Shown here piece after piece: positions 1 through 11,450 of a DNA stretch of 64,000 nucleotides (positions within the stretch are counted from its first letter, which is position 1; every line of letters starts with the position of its first letter). Both the position numbers and the translations under genes were made by a program. The stretch lies in contig CM074805.1 of the NCBI GenBank assembly GCA_037447605.1, positions 3,257,361 through 3,321,360 of the forward strand. Direction: 5' to 3'. The notes under the pieces were generated by a model. It saw only the letters and a program-made list of their open reading frames with translations, had not been told where the DNA came from and searched no databases. Source of the stretch: Zygnema circumcarinatum SAG 698-1b. Lineage: Eukaryota; Plantae; Zygnematophyceae.

Positions 1-1389
1 TTTATGCATAGGCGTGCTTAAAGGATCAAATGCGCCTGACTTCCACAAGACCACAATAGACATCGCCAACAAAATTGTCAATCCGAGTTCAATGTGCAGA
101 GGAGCAAAGTTCTAGATGGCCTCTACACGCGTCACAATTGGTCGGCAAACAATGTGAGTTTTTTTCGCTGGTCTCGCTCTTCTGCTTGGCACGTTCACAT
201 CTCCGATATGGGTGAGCTGCTTTGAGTTTCTGTATGTTGGGGAGAAGCTTCTTCCTGGACATTACTTGTTCTGATCTGCACTCGAATTTGCTAGATATTG
301 CAACCTCCCACGAAGCGCCTCTGGGAATCTGGGAAGGGGAAGTTGTAGTCCAAGTCCTTTGTTTCATCTTCTTGCGTTTTTATTTGGAGAGAGCTCGAAT
401 TGTCTGTGGCCAAGCATGATGACGAACCAAACTAATTTTTTTCGCAAACTATTTGAAGTGAACCTATTGAAACTAAGCAATTCCTCGACAAATTCTATGC
501 ATCCTTTAAAGAAGGTGAGGCTACATTTGTCCAAGCAGTGATACGTTTTCACTGAGTGCAGGTGGACACCTTCCTCAAGAGCGTACGCTGGGCGTTTTTG
601 GCACTCTTCATTGTTGAGGTAAATCAAGGAAGCAGAGCAACATCGAATTCCTCTCTCATTTCATTTGTTCAAGCTATTTGTTTGATCTTCGGTTCGGGGG
701 AGGTTTTGGGTAGTTTGCAGTGAACACGTCAAATTGGAAAGCATGGATGCTGTCGATGCGCACCCCTTCCGAGAAAATGCTGCTTGCTGCCTTAGGATGG
801 CTCATTTGTAAACTAACCTGTTTGCTAACATTTGCTTTTGAAATAGGTGCTTTGCATTGTGCTCACTTACGTTAACCACAAATGGATTCCCATCGAATAC
901 TACGAGGTAAAATTAGAGTCTCCATAGAATCTGTTAGAGCATCTGTTTAAATACTCGCTTGTGTGTACAGATCCAGAGGCTATCACGCCAGTTGCGGGAA
1001 ATGATGAGGAAGAACATACAGCTCACAATAAAAGAACTATTGGGATACTCTTTTTGTGTTTTGTGTCTGGCATGAGCTACTCAAACCCACAAATTCTTAC
1101 AACTTGATTGGGGAAATGCTGAGTTCAGACAATAGAGCAGAGCGCTCAGCGTCGAGACATGGCAATGGCAGCTGCAAAGCAGGACACGTAAGAACAATCA
1201 AATCACCAGACTTGCAAATTCTCCAGCTCCTTACAGCCTACGGATTGCCGTTCAATGCTTGTCCTACTTCTTTGGACACTCTTCAACTGACTTGCGTGTG
1301 CATGCTTCAGGTCAAGCAAGCAGGTCAAGGTGGAGAATTCTCGTGCAGCCGCTCTGGATACAAAGATGAAGCAGAAGTACGGAAAGTAA
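1..1389 (+). CDS. 3' part of a multi-exon membrane-protein gene, probably tetraspanin-like/TOM2A-like (5' end outside window)
   Basis: GT-AG exons 562-618 (VDTFLKSVRWAFLALFIVE) and 847-906 (VLCIVLTYVNHKWIPIEYYE) form a hydrophobic helix resembling TM4 of TOM2A-type proteins. The last exon reads ...SRAAALDTKMKQKYGK* (stop 1387-1389), similar to the MREKYG C-terminal motif of that family. Some internal junctions are unresolved. Confidence 0.45.
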
Positions 1390-1537
1390 GCATGCGCTTC
1401 CCCATGACTCCCTTACTAGCTAGTTGGTGCACGGGGCAGTGGGAAAGGGGCAAGGACGGTTAAATAAAAAGGGTACGGTCAGTCTCTGGTACTAGACAGG
1501 GCTTTTTGTGTCTCATCCACAACTTCCAAGGCATGCC

Positions 1538-1578
1538 AAACCCTAAAAACCCTAAAAACCCTAAAACCCTAAAAACCC
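1538..1578. repeat. Interstitial telomere-like repeat: 3x CCCTAAAAA + 1x CCCTAAAA
   Basis: Read directly: aaa-ccctaaaaa-ccctaaaaa-ccctaaaa-ccctaaaaa-ccc. Confidence 0.9.
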
Positions 1579-2315
1579 ATTAGTAGACGTTGTGTATCTA
1601 GCTGTGTGGAAGGGGATTTCTGTGGTCAAAATTTCACTTGTGCCATAGGCGCAGATTGTTACCCACAGGTGGTGCACAAACATGTAATTGATCAATAGTC
1701 TCATGGTGAGATTGAGATGTCTTGTGGCAGGTGGTCCGTGGATGACTGGAGAGGCCCATAGTGAGTCGCTTCATGCTCTTTCCATTCGCCGTATTCCACA
1801 GTTAATAGGTCCAAATTGGCCTGTTCGAATCGACATAATGAAAGGAATCGTGATTCTCACATTATACACGAGGCTCATTTTGTTTTTTTAGACCACAAGC
1901 TAGCGATTAGCTGATGCTAGAGCATTGTCAACATGTATGAATAGTGCATGGGATGGCTGCACTGAGAGGAATCTCAGATTACGTTGTTCGGTGCCAGCCA
2001 GCCGTAGAAATACGTCTACTTTTTTAGACATATTGATGCAATTTGTTGTACAAATCGATGGTTCACTTGAAGTGATATTCTTTTACGTGTGAGCAGTGCT
2101 GGTGCTCCAACATTTGCATGTTGAATGCGGCTAGAGTAACTTGGGACTACGCGTCGCACCATGCTGTTGTAACTATCTATCGCACCTCCATGTCATGTGC
2201 CGCGCTCCTTCCTGTATTGAAGGGCGCGATGATATATTGGCAACGAACTTGTGGCGCCTGCAAGAAGCCTACAGAAGAGACCTTGCTAGAGCTCCCGGGA
2301 TGCCAACAGCCGACA

Positions 2316-2390
2316 CGTGCTGGTTCCATGCGTGTCGTTTCCATGTGCCCCGTTTCGGCGCGTGCCCTTTCCATGTGTGTCGTTTCCATG
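2316..2390. repeat. Five copies of a degenerate 15-bp unit (consensus YGTGTCGTTTCCATG)
   Basis: Units start at 2316, 2331, 2346, 2361 and 2376. Confidence 0.85.
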
Positions 2391-2477
2391 AACTGAGAGA
2401 ATCTCCGGAGAAAGCTCGCTTTTGATTTGGCGCGCTCTGTTCCGCCGCAGGCGTCGCGCCCGCTACGGTACCCCCCT

Positions 2478-3097
2478 GTATCGTCACCATATTGAATTGC
2501 GCTATATCGTCATCGTACTGTATCTCACCATATCGTGACCGTACTATATCGCATCATATCGGAACCGTACTGTATCGCATCCTATCGTCACCATATTGTA
2601 TTGCACCATATCGGCAACATGCTGTACCACACCATAACGACACCATACTGTATCGAACCGTATCGTAACTGTACTGTATCGCTTTGTATCGTTACCGTTT
2701 TGTATCGCAACATATCGTCACCATACTGTATCGCACCGTATCATACTAAATCGTGCCATATCGTCATCGTATTGTACGCGGTGCCGTATCGTCACCATAC
2801 TGTATCGTACTGTATCGCAACTATATTGCATCGCACCATATCGAGATCATATTGTATCGCACCGTATCGCATCATACTGTATTGCACCATATCGTCACCA
2901 TACTGTATCGAGCCATGTCGTCATCGTACTGTATCGCACCGTATCGCCATTATATTGTATCTTACCATATCGCCTCTGTACTGTATCGTTTAATATCGTC
3001 ATCGTACTTACACATCGTATCGTCACCATACTGTATCGCACCATGTCGTCACCATGCTGTATCGCGACATATCGGAGCCGTACTGTATCGCACCGTA
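2478..3097. repeat. Degenerate 26-bp minisatellite (consensus CTGTATCGCACCATATCGTCACCATA), about 24 copies
   Basis: TATCG recurs with alternating ~10- and ~16-bp spacing over ~620 bp. The array ends ~80 bp before the ATG at 3179. Confidence 0.85.
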
Positions 3098-3178
3098 ACG
3101 AAAAGCGGCCCTCGGAAGTCGGATGAACGTTGGGTCGGCGTGCGCGGGAGAGGCGCGGCTTGGAGCGCGTGCCCAGGC

Positions 3179-6100
3179 ATGGCTGGTGCTGGCGCTGCTG
3201 CTGCAGGGGTGGGGGAGGGGATGGAAGCCTTCTGGGTGGCGGAGTTTGCTGCGCATGCGGGAGCGTTCTCGACGACCGTCATCAGAGGTCAGAATGCTCG
3301 GCTGCACCACCCCCGCACCTTAATTTTATCGCTAAACATAGGCTTACCCCTTACGCTAATCCTAACCTAAACGGTAATCCTCCAAATTCTCAGCCTAACT
3401 TGAACCTTAACCGTTTCTGTAATTTTTTTATTTTTGAGCTTGTGTATGAAACCGGATCTTACCCGTGTTTTTTTTTTAAGTAAAGGTATAATACTGTACA
3501 CTGTATTTCTGTATATTACATGGGATAGGATAGCATAGGATACACGTAGAGTTCAGAACTCTATAAATATTTTCCGTTAACTTATCGTCAGGAGTTAAAT
3601 AGTCGTTATTGTTTTGATCGAACTATTCATGAATTTACTTTCTATTTCACGTGTTTACTAGATTACTATGTGAGCCGTGATTATCTTTACAATATAATAC
3701 ATATGGCCAAGAGCAATATTTAAAGTGCTCCACCGAGAAACCTTGAACTTGCAGCCAAGCCACTAGTTGTGCACGAGGCAAACTTGCTCTACGTAGTTTT
3801 GCAATGCCAATTAACTGAATGGGAATATGAGCTTGCGGTTGTGTGGAGCATCAGAACTTGTTGATTCTTTGCCCCCAACCGATGGCACGAATCTTGATCT
3901 CACGCTTGCGATACGTTATCTTGAAGAAGCGATAAACACTCGTCGAGTGGATGGCCGCTGCGTCCCACTTGTCAAGCAGCTCCTGAAACGTCAAGAAACT
4001 TTAAAATGGTCCTATGACGATTCTGAAAGTGAATTTCCAAGCCTGCTTTTACGGGTTCAGACACAGGTACTTACTTGCTGACCTATATTATTAAGTGGCG
4101 GAGGTAAGTAGGTTTAAATTGATGTTTGTTCGCTTGTTGCGGCATTGCTTACTTTTCAGCAGCAGTTATTGATCTTGTCACATCATGCACGAAGGTTTCT
4201 GAATTATGCTAAAGGGGCGCACTTAGTTCGGGTTCTCTTCTCCATACGGTTCCTTTTGTAGATGTCAATCCGAACGGTTGCACAGTTTGGTAACCTGAAC
4301 TCGCTATATGAGTCATTTTTTGTACCATGAGAATTTGATTGACTTACTGAATTTGCAGTATTGGCTGTTTTGTATTAGGAAGTACTACGCCATTTACGTG
4401 GTGAACGCACTGGTGGTGAAGAAAGTGCTGAGCAGAAATATAATTGGGAAGGGTATGGAGAAGCTTTATCCGTATTCGATGAGTTTCCTGCAGACAGCGA
4501 TGAGGCTTGTCGTAGGAAGGAAGAGCTCGAAGCGGTTCTCAAGGTGCCAACAGAATTTTCTCATTGAGGATTTGAATAATCATGGCTTTGAGAGGCAGAT
4601 TATAGTGCACAGAGGGCTGGACGTTTTGTGTTCAAACCTCGTAGATGTGCTGACTTGACTTTTTTTTGTAGGGCTAGTGTTGTTGACAAATCTTGTTTTG
4701 GAACAGAGGAGGTGGCTCTCCTGCTCCAAACACTGTTTGCTGTCCAAAAGGTTTGCAAATGTCAGAGAGGTGCCTACACACTGCGGCCAAATGGTGGCCT
4801 TTTTTGTTTTCAAAGGGATATAGAGCATTCCACCTATATTGAAGCTTGGTTACCATGTTGAAAGTGCAGAACTTTGTCAGGACGGATTCATCATTTCAGT
4901 TTAGGCCCGCACGAATTTTCCGTTATCAATTAGGAGGATTGGTGTTTCATTGATGCAGCACGAAAGAGGTGAAGAAGGGGTTAAGCTCCTTCTTCAAACG
5001 TATCCCCTGGAGCCACTTCTGGAAGACCTCAAGATTCTTATTAAGAGCGTTCGGGACAAGTTACCAGAGCCTTATCTCTACCAGGTAGGTTTCCGATCAG
5101 TCCTGAACTGCAATGACAAAGGATTCATCATATAACAGACTTATTGTTCAGTGCCACGCTATGCTTGCGCTTTCTCTGCTCACTGTCTAAGACATGGTGC
5201 GATCATATTGAGTTGTAGACTTAGGCTATAGTCCTGACTGATCTAAGGCCTCATGTCTCCCAAGCCCATGGAAAGTGCCCGGCATCTTTCTGGAAATTAT
5301 CGAGGATACCAGTGGTCATTGCGACCAACTACGCTGGCAAATTGGCTGCTGACGTCACTAGGATATGCCGGCAAACCTTTGAATTTCGACAGCCAAATAC
5401 TTGCCGACGTAGCAAACTTTAGACTTTGAGAAAGGTCGATTTTGACAAAAGAACTTTTCAATGACGTCGTACGCCGCGCATAGAGTTAACTTCACCTGAA
5501 TCATGATGGCGCAAACGAACCAGCTTTTCTTAAAGCACTTTTGTTCTTTCCACATACTTCTTTATCCTTTTCCCACGGCCCGCGAGCATGCATGCAAGGA
5601 GAACGTTTTGCTTCTGTTTTCATGACATATGAAAAAAGTTAGATGTATATAACCCGCTCGTTGCATTGTTTAAGGTTCCATGTTTATGTCCCCAGTTTAA
5701 AACAATGTCCCATTTCTGCCAAGGCCGCATTAAAATACGGAAACTGATGCATAATGGAAAGATTCCACTGTAAGGCTATTCGATCCTTCTGCTGATTCAG
5801 AGTTGATTTCTTCAACTTGTTCTGGGTCAAATTATACTTATGTTCAACTTTGCAGATAGCTAAGGGAAGGACGGCTGGTCGCTATATACCAAGCTCCGAG
5901 AGTCGTCGAGCAAAAATCGAAGCATCGGCGAGAGAGCTTATGGCCGCTGAAGTTGACGACGGAATTGCTGCAGTGGGACCGACACGCATTAGCCTTGGAG
6001 TTTCAACAACATCAAGAGCTGATGCTTTCGCAAAAGAACTAGGATATGAGAACGAGAAAAGTGCAAGACAAACGAGCGGACGGTTGAAAAGGGTGGGCAT

Positions 6101-9100
6101 GTGTGAAGATGGCTTACAAGATAATAAATATATGGAAAACGAAAGCTTAAATGGAGAACCTGAAGCTGAAGTTGCAGCAGAACACCAGGAGAACCTTGTT
6201 CAGGCGGCTGTTGTGAACCTATCAACAGAGGTTAGTGCGGATATGGCTGGATATCTCACCATGGCCTGTTCTTTGTAAGTCAAACGGCTGGTCTTGAATT
6301 GTGTTGTTGTGAGCACGTTGCACCAAACGAGACAATGACTGGCATGACTGGCACCCACAAAAATGTTTTACGATAGCAATGATCCTTCGAGCGTGTGATC
6401 AATCAATCAATTTCGTCACTGGCTAACGAGTTTTCACTGTAGCTACAGAAGATCTGTGTGTTTGGAGGCACTTTAAGGAGAAGCCTGCATTGGTCATTGA
6501 CTGCTTTCTAAGGAGTTTCAATATTGCTATCAGCGAAAGTTCTTTATGTCTTGTGTGATTAACTGACTCCTGCATTTCCTCTCGGCCAATGTTATCGCTA
6601 CCTTCTCTTTGGAAGTAACACACAGAAGGATTCAAAGGCCTTAGCAAGAATTTTCTTATTGTTTAGCGTACGCTGTATTGCATTGTTGAATCTTGGACGC
6701 TCATGAGGAAGGGTTGCAGCATGACTCGTTCGGTTTATCTTTTGACACACAGGTGGAAGTTATGCCATCAGGGCGTGGGGACGAGCCGGCCGGTGTGGAA
6801 GTTCTAAACAAGCTCAACGGTGAGCAGTGTCATGCTGCAAGCGCAAGAACTTTGACTGAAGGAGTTGAGCCGCCAAGTGGACCGGACACTTCCTATAAAC
6901 TGTCTGATGCCTCGCTCAGAATGCCGGAACTTGAGACTCAGAGCAACGTGCCTTTCAATATGGAAGGGGAAGACGAGCAGCGGAGGGGGGGGCTGTTTGG
7001 GAGCAGACTGGACACTGGAAAGGCTGCTGTCATAGCGACATCTTCTGTAATTAAAGTAAAGCATATAGTGAGAAGCAACGTGAAATTGACAAGCGAATGT
7101 GATTTGCGAATCATTGGACCAGAGTCAGATGGAATGGAGAAAAGTGAGGACCAGAATGTGAAGCTCCTCGATTCGATAACGTGCAATACATGTGGATACA
7201 AACAGTCCGTTGAGAGCGAACTGGAGAATTGGTGCATATCCTGTAAGAAGAGGCGGTTGCTGGACAACGCAGAGATTCAGGCTAGGCCTTCCACGATAAA
7301 TGTGGAATCTCACGGCCCTCCGAAGAAACAGAGGAGCATTTTCCACGAACAGGATGTTCGCACAGGAGTGGGAGGGGAGGGAGTTGTTAATGTGGAGGAA
7401 GAGAGCAGTCATGATAGGACGGTTGTGGAAAAGAAGGGTGATGATTTTGAAAGAGTAAAAAATGATAACCAAAATGTAGAAGACGATGACTCGATTGTAT
7501 GCATGTCCTGTGGCTATAGACAGACTATTGATGGGAAAGCGGAGGAATGGCGATGCATGAAATGTGATATGAAATGCAGGCTTCTGAAGCGGGAGGGTGA
7601 CAAGATAATTTTAGAAGTTGAATCCCCTTTTAAGAAGCTAAGGAGGTATCATCCAGAAGCTGAGGGGCAGGAGTCTGAGAAAAGGGAAATGATGGCGAGC
7701 AGAGGCATTGGGGAACTGAATGCTGAACAGAGCAAAGGGGACAGAGTTAGCGATGGCCAGGGAAATGAACGTGAAGATAATAGGAGTCGAGGTCTTAGAG
7801 GAGGAGAGGAGAAGGTGAGGGACAACCATCCTGCGAGAGACGAAGCTAATGGAGGTTCACCGATCGAAGCCATGGTGCAGTACTCCCACTTAGCTGAGGA
7901 GCAAAAGCAAGCAAGAAAGCTTCATGCTGGAGGACGGGGCCGTAGGAGAAAGGGGAAAGGTCGCGGGAGAAAGGACAAAGGACATAGGACAAAGGACAAC
8001 AAACAACGAGAGGCCGAGGAATGCGTGAAAGAGATGCAGAATGGGTGTCTGACAGGAGAACAAGCCCCTCACTCACATTCAGAAGTGGAGGCGGAAGCTG
8101 CCCGTTGCAGGCAAAAGGGAGGGGGAGGGGGAGAGGGAGAGGGAGAGGAAGAGGGAGAAGGAGAGGGAGAGGGAGAGGGAAAGGAAGAGGGAGAGAGAGA
8201 GGGAGAGGGAGGGGGAGAGCGAGAGGGAGATGGAGAGGGAGAGGGAGAGGGAGGGAAAGAGGGAGAGGGAGAGGGAAAGGGAGAGGGAGAGGGAGAGGGA
8301 GAGGGAGAGGNNNNNNNNNNGGAGAGGGAGAGGGAGAGGGAGAGGGAGTGGGAGTGGGAGAGGGGGAGGGAGAGAGTAAGGGAGAGGGAGAGGGAGAGGG
8401 AGAGGGAGAGGGAAAGGGAGAAAAAGGGGGAGAGGAAGGCAGAGGGGTCGAAGGAGAAAGGGACGGAGTTGAAGTTGGAGAGGGGGTGGTGGAGGTTGAT
8501 GCTGGCTCCGGGCCGGTAGCTGAGGCTGAGACTCGGAGTGGAATAGCTGCAGACGAGCAATGTGGTTGGAAGGAAGGAGAAAGTAGGATGGAGCAAGAAG
8601 ATGGACGGGTGCATGAAGAAAGGAACAATGACGAGGGGGCATCACCGGAAGGAGAAACACTAAAAATGATATCCAATGATCGAGTGGAGACTGGGTGAGT
8701 TTTTTGTTCCAATTTGTTGGAATGGCAGTGACCGCCACGCACGACATGGTTTGTTTTGTCCACAAGTGTCAATGTTCTAGATAGCATTCGTTCATTTTGT
8801 CCGTCATTAACTATTCTTAATCCTCCTTATCGCAGACTGTGACATTTTTATACACAGTTTCTTGAGGAGCCTCATGCGAAAGCTGAGTTTCGAGCAGCTT
8901 TCAAGGCAATGGATGGAAATCATTTTTTACTCACATGCCAGGCTCTAACAGATGGCAATGTTTTGGTTTTTGGCGGGATGAAATGGTTTTCATGGATATG
9001 CAGGAAGCGAAAGCGGCGGGAAACGACACCATGGTATCCCAGAGAGGAAAAATTCTTGCATGTGGGTCCCCTTCTTGGCCTCCTGCATAAGCAGTCTCAA

Positions 9101-9536
9101 TATTCGTTCTAAGTTTCTGCTTTTGCATGCACGCGTCCACTTTCCAAATCGACGCTCTCCTTCTTTCCCTCCGATCATCCTTGCCTCCACCATCTCGAGC
9201 TGCTTGGAAACTCAGATACTCCTAAGTATTAAAGATAAGTAAACAGGAAAAATAGACTGCCTCTTTCAATTATGAAATGATGGCCCAGGAGTTTTGAAAC
9301 GGAGCGTAAGCCTGCAGAGTGTTGGCATGCCACTTTCATGTTATTTGACAGCTTTTGATGACATGGGAGGTTTGCAGGAGGCAGTAGTGTCCCTGAGAGG
9401 CCTGTGGGAGGAAATACGGAGAAAGGGCGTTGGCATTCTGCAGGCTTCCCGCACCTCTGTAGACATAAAAGACAAATGGCGCAATATGGAGAAGCGCGGC
9501 CATACAAGCGAAGGCCCCTGTCCTGCTTGCAAATAG
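3179..9536 (+). CDS. TRF-like (TRFL) telomere-repeat-binding Myb protein with TRFH-like N-terminus
   Basis: Phase-consistent exons: 3179-3287, 3855-4066, 4160-4194, 4262-4289, 4379-4543, 4959-5084, 5856-6230, 6753-8694 (contains an N gap), 9004-9061, 9378-9536. The N-terminus (FWVAEF...IRELVDSLP...LAIRYLEE) resembles plant TRFL N-domains. The C-terminal Myb PWYPREEKFLHEAV...GLWEEI...RTSVDIKDKWRNM carries the telobox. Confidence 0.85.
8117..8500 (+). repeat. GA-rich hexamer repeat (GGAGAG-like) encoding poly(GE) inside a TRFL exon; assembly gap 8311-8320
   Basis: Read directly. The reading frame changes across the 10-N gap, as expected when the gap length is a placeholder. Confidence 0.9.
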
Positions 9537-9976
9537 GCTGTCGAACTGCAACAACGAATGCCCCTCTTTGATTGTTGTGTGAAGGCTTATCGTGGTGGGA
9601 CCCTGACAGATCTCAGTAGTGGGTAGTGAGTATTACATCCGCTCCTAGCATGTGGTATGTGTTGATTTTAGATCCTAACAGATGCTGTACAATTTCACAG
9701 GTCTTTGGGCGCAAGGTAGTTTGGGAGAAATAGACAAAGCTTAGGAAGATGCTTGTGAGACACTGTCGATTGTATCGCACTTGTAAAGGTCGTGGCCAAC
9801 ACGACGCAGAAACAGCACTTCATTGAATGCACGACGCTTGGATGCAGTCTGGCGTGGGTTATTGCCAAGCGAATTCAAGTGGCACTGAAGGGCGATTTTT
9901 CTGCTTGTTCTTAACATGAAATGTGAACATGTCTGGTATGCCGAGTATGCGACGAGTTCGAGTATGTGGCGGCAGT

Positions 9977-10011
9977 TGCATGCATGCATGCATGCATATA
10001 TTGCATGCATG
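9977..10011. promoter_or_regulatory. RY-type (CATG)n repeat upstream of the histidine kinase promoter island
   Basis: tgcatgcatgcatgcatgca...ttgcatgcatg. CATGCA is the established RY element of LAV-class B3 factors; function here is inferred. Confidence 0.4.
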
Positions 10012-10236
10012 TAAGGGCTCCGGACGGCAGCTTCACTTGGGATGCCTAGCCGCATGTTGGCGTGTGAAGAGGGAAAGGGGGGAGAGGGGATGCAGCAGGG
10101 ACAGGCCGGGCGTCCCCCGACAGGACCGCAACTATTTGCACGCCGACGCAGACGCACATATCGGAGGTGACCATCGCCTCGCCTCGCTCGCGCCATCCTC
10201 ATCACACGATCCTCCCGCCTCCTCCTCCCTCCTCAC

Positions 10237-10580
10237 TTATCACTCTCTCACACACACACACGCACGCACGCACAATCACTCCCTCACTCATTCACTGACT
10301 CACTCACTCACTCACTCACTCATTGACTCACTGACTGACTGACTCACTCCACTCTTCCCTCCCTCTTCATTCCTCCACTCTTCCCTCCCTTTTCATTCCT
10401 CCATTCTTACCTCCCTCTTCATTCCTCCACACTTCCCTCCCTTTTCATTCCTCCACTCTTCCCTCCCTTTTCATTCCTCCACTCTTCCCTCCCTTTTCAT
10501 TCCTCCACTCTTCCCTCCCTTTTCATTCCTCCACTCTTCCCTCCCTCTTCATTCCTCCTCCCTCTTCATTCCTCCCTCCC
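10237..10580. repeat. (CA)n/(CACT)n microsatellites followed by 8 copies of a 26-bp unit CTCCACTCTTCCCTCCCTTTTCATTC (10347-10554)
   Basis: Units start every 26 bp from 10347 to 10529. Confidence 0.9.
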
Positions 10581-10599
10581 ACCTTCCACGGTGTTCCAC

Positions 10600-11450
10600 C
10601 TCCCTCCCTCCACTCCCTTTCTCCCTTTCTCCCTTTCTCCCTCTCTCCCTCCCTCTCGTCGTGTTCCTCGCCCCTCCCTCCATCCCTCCCCCCCCCGCGC
10701 GAGGCAGTACAGTACAGTACACCAGCCGCCCGTACAGACCGCCCGCCCGCCATCCCTCGCGCGTGACGCCAGCCAGCCACCCTCTCTCCCTCCCTCGCGA
10801 TCTCCCCGTGCGGGACCGCCCGCGCTTTAACCCCCCCCGCCCGTACGGCCCTCGCCCGTGCCAACCATTCCTCCCCCGCGGCCGTCCTGCGGCCGTCGAT
10901 CACGGTCCTCCGTACCCCGGCCGCTGCATCGCACGGCGGGGAGGCGCCTGCCCGGCTGCCTGGAAAGTCAAGGGCGCCTGCTCGCTCCATGCGCTCGCGG
11001 CCTCGCTCCCTCTCTCACGCCCCGCGCCCTTCGTCCGCACGGCCCCCCCTCGCGATGACGTCACCCCAAACCGTCTCGCACGTAGGTACCTGACGTCAGC
11101 AGGCGGCCCCGCGCGAATTGACGGCAGGAGCGGCGAGCGCGGCGGCGCAAAGACCGCCACGTGGCAGCGCGGCGGCGGGCCCGCAGTCCCGCGGGGCCTG
11201 TCAGGGGATCGGACAGCGCCAGCCGGCGGCGCTGCGCCGTACGATCGCGCCGCTGCCCGCCCGCCCGCCCGCCCGCGCGCGCACACGTGGCAGCGCCGGT
11301 GCGCATGGCCATGCCTGGGGGGAGGGAGCATGCGTGCTAACCCTAACAGCACACGGCCGGCCGCTGCTTGACAATTGCGCGCGCTGCAGGCATGATGCCG
11401 CCATGGCGGGGGGTGGGGCCGTGAGCGGGAGGGAGGGGGGAGGGAGAAGG
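10600..11450 (+). promoter_or_regulatory. CpG/GC island, putative promoter of the histidine kinase gene
   Basis: Very GC-rich. TGACGTCA palindromes at 11056-11063 and 11091-11098, CACGTG G-boxes at 11158-11163 and 11284-11289, and a telo-like CTAACCCTAAC near 11337. Confidence 0.55.

Noticed and set aside
1590-1900. Splice-like GT/AG pattern suggesting a small gene
   Set aside because: The implied introns are only 25-41 nt and no coherent ORF results.
2478-3097. CRISPR-like array or TIR-bounded element
   Set aside because: The units are contiguous and degenerate with no unique spacers, in eukaryotic context. The weak inverted match at 2461-2471/3090-3100 is just the repeat unit and has no TSD.
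4672-4750. Possible extra TRFL exon (ASVVDKSCFG...)
   Set aside because: Out of phase with the flanking exons, which splice directly 4543 to 4959 in phase 0.
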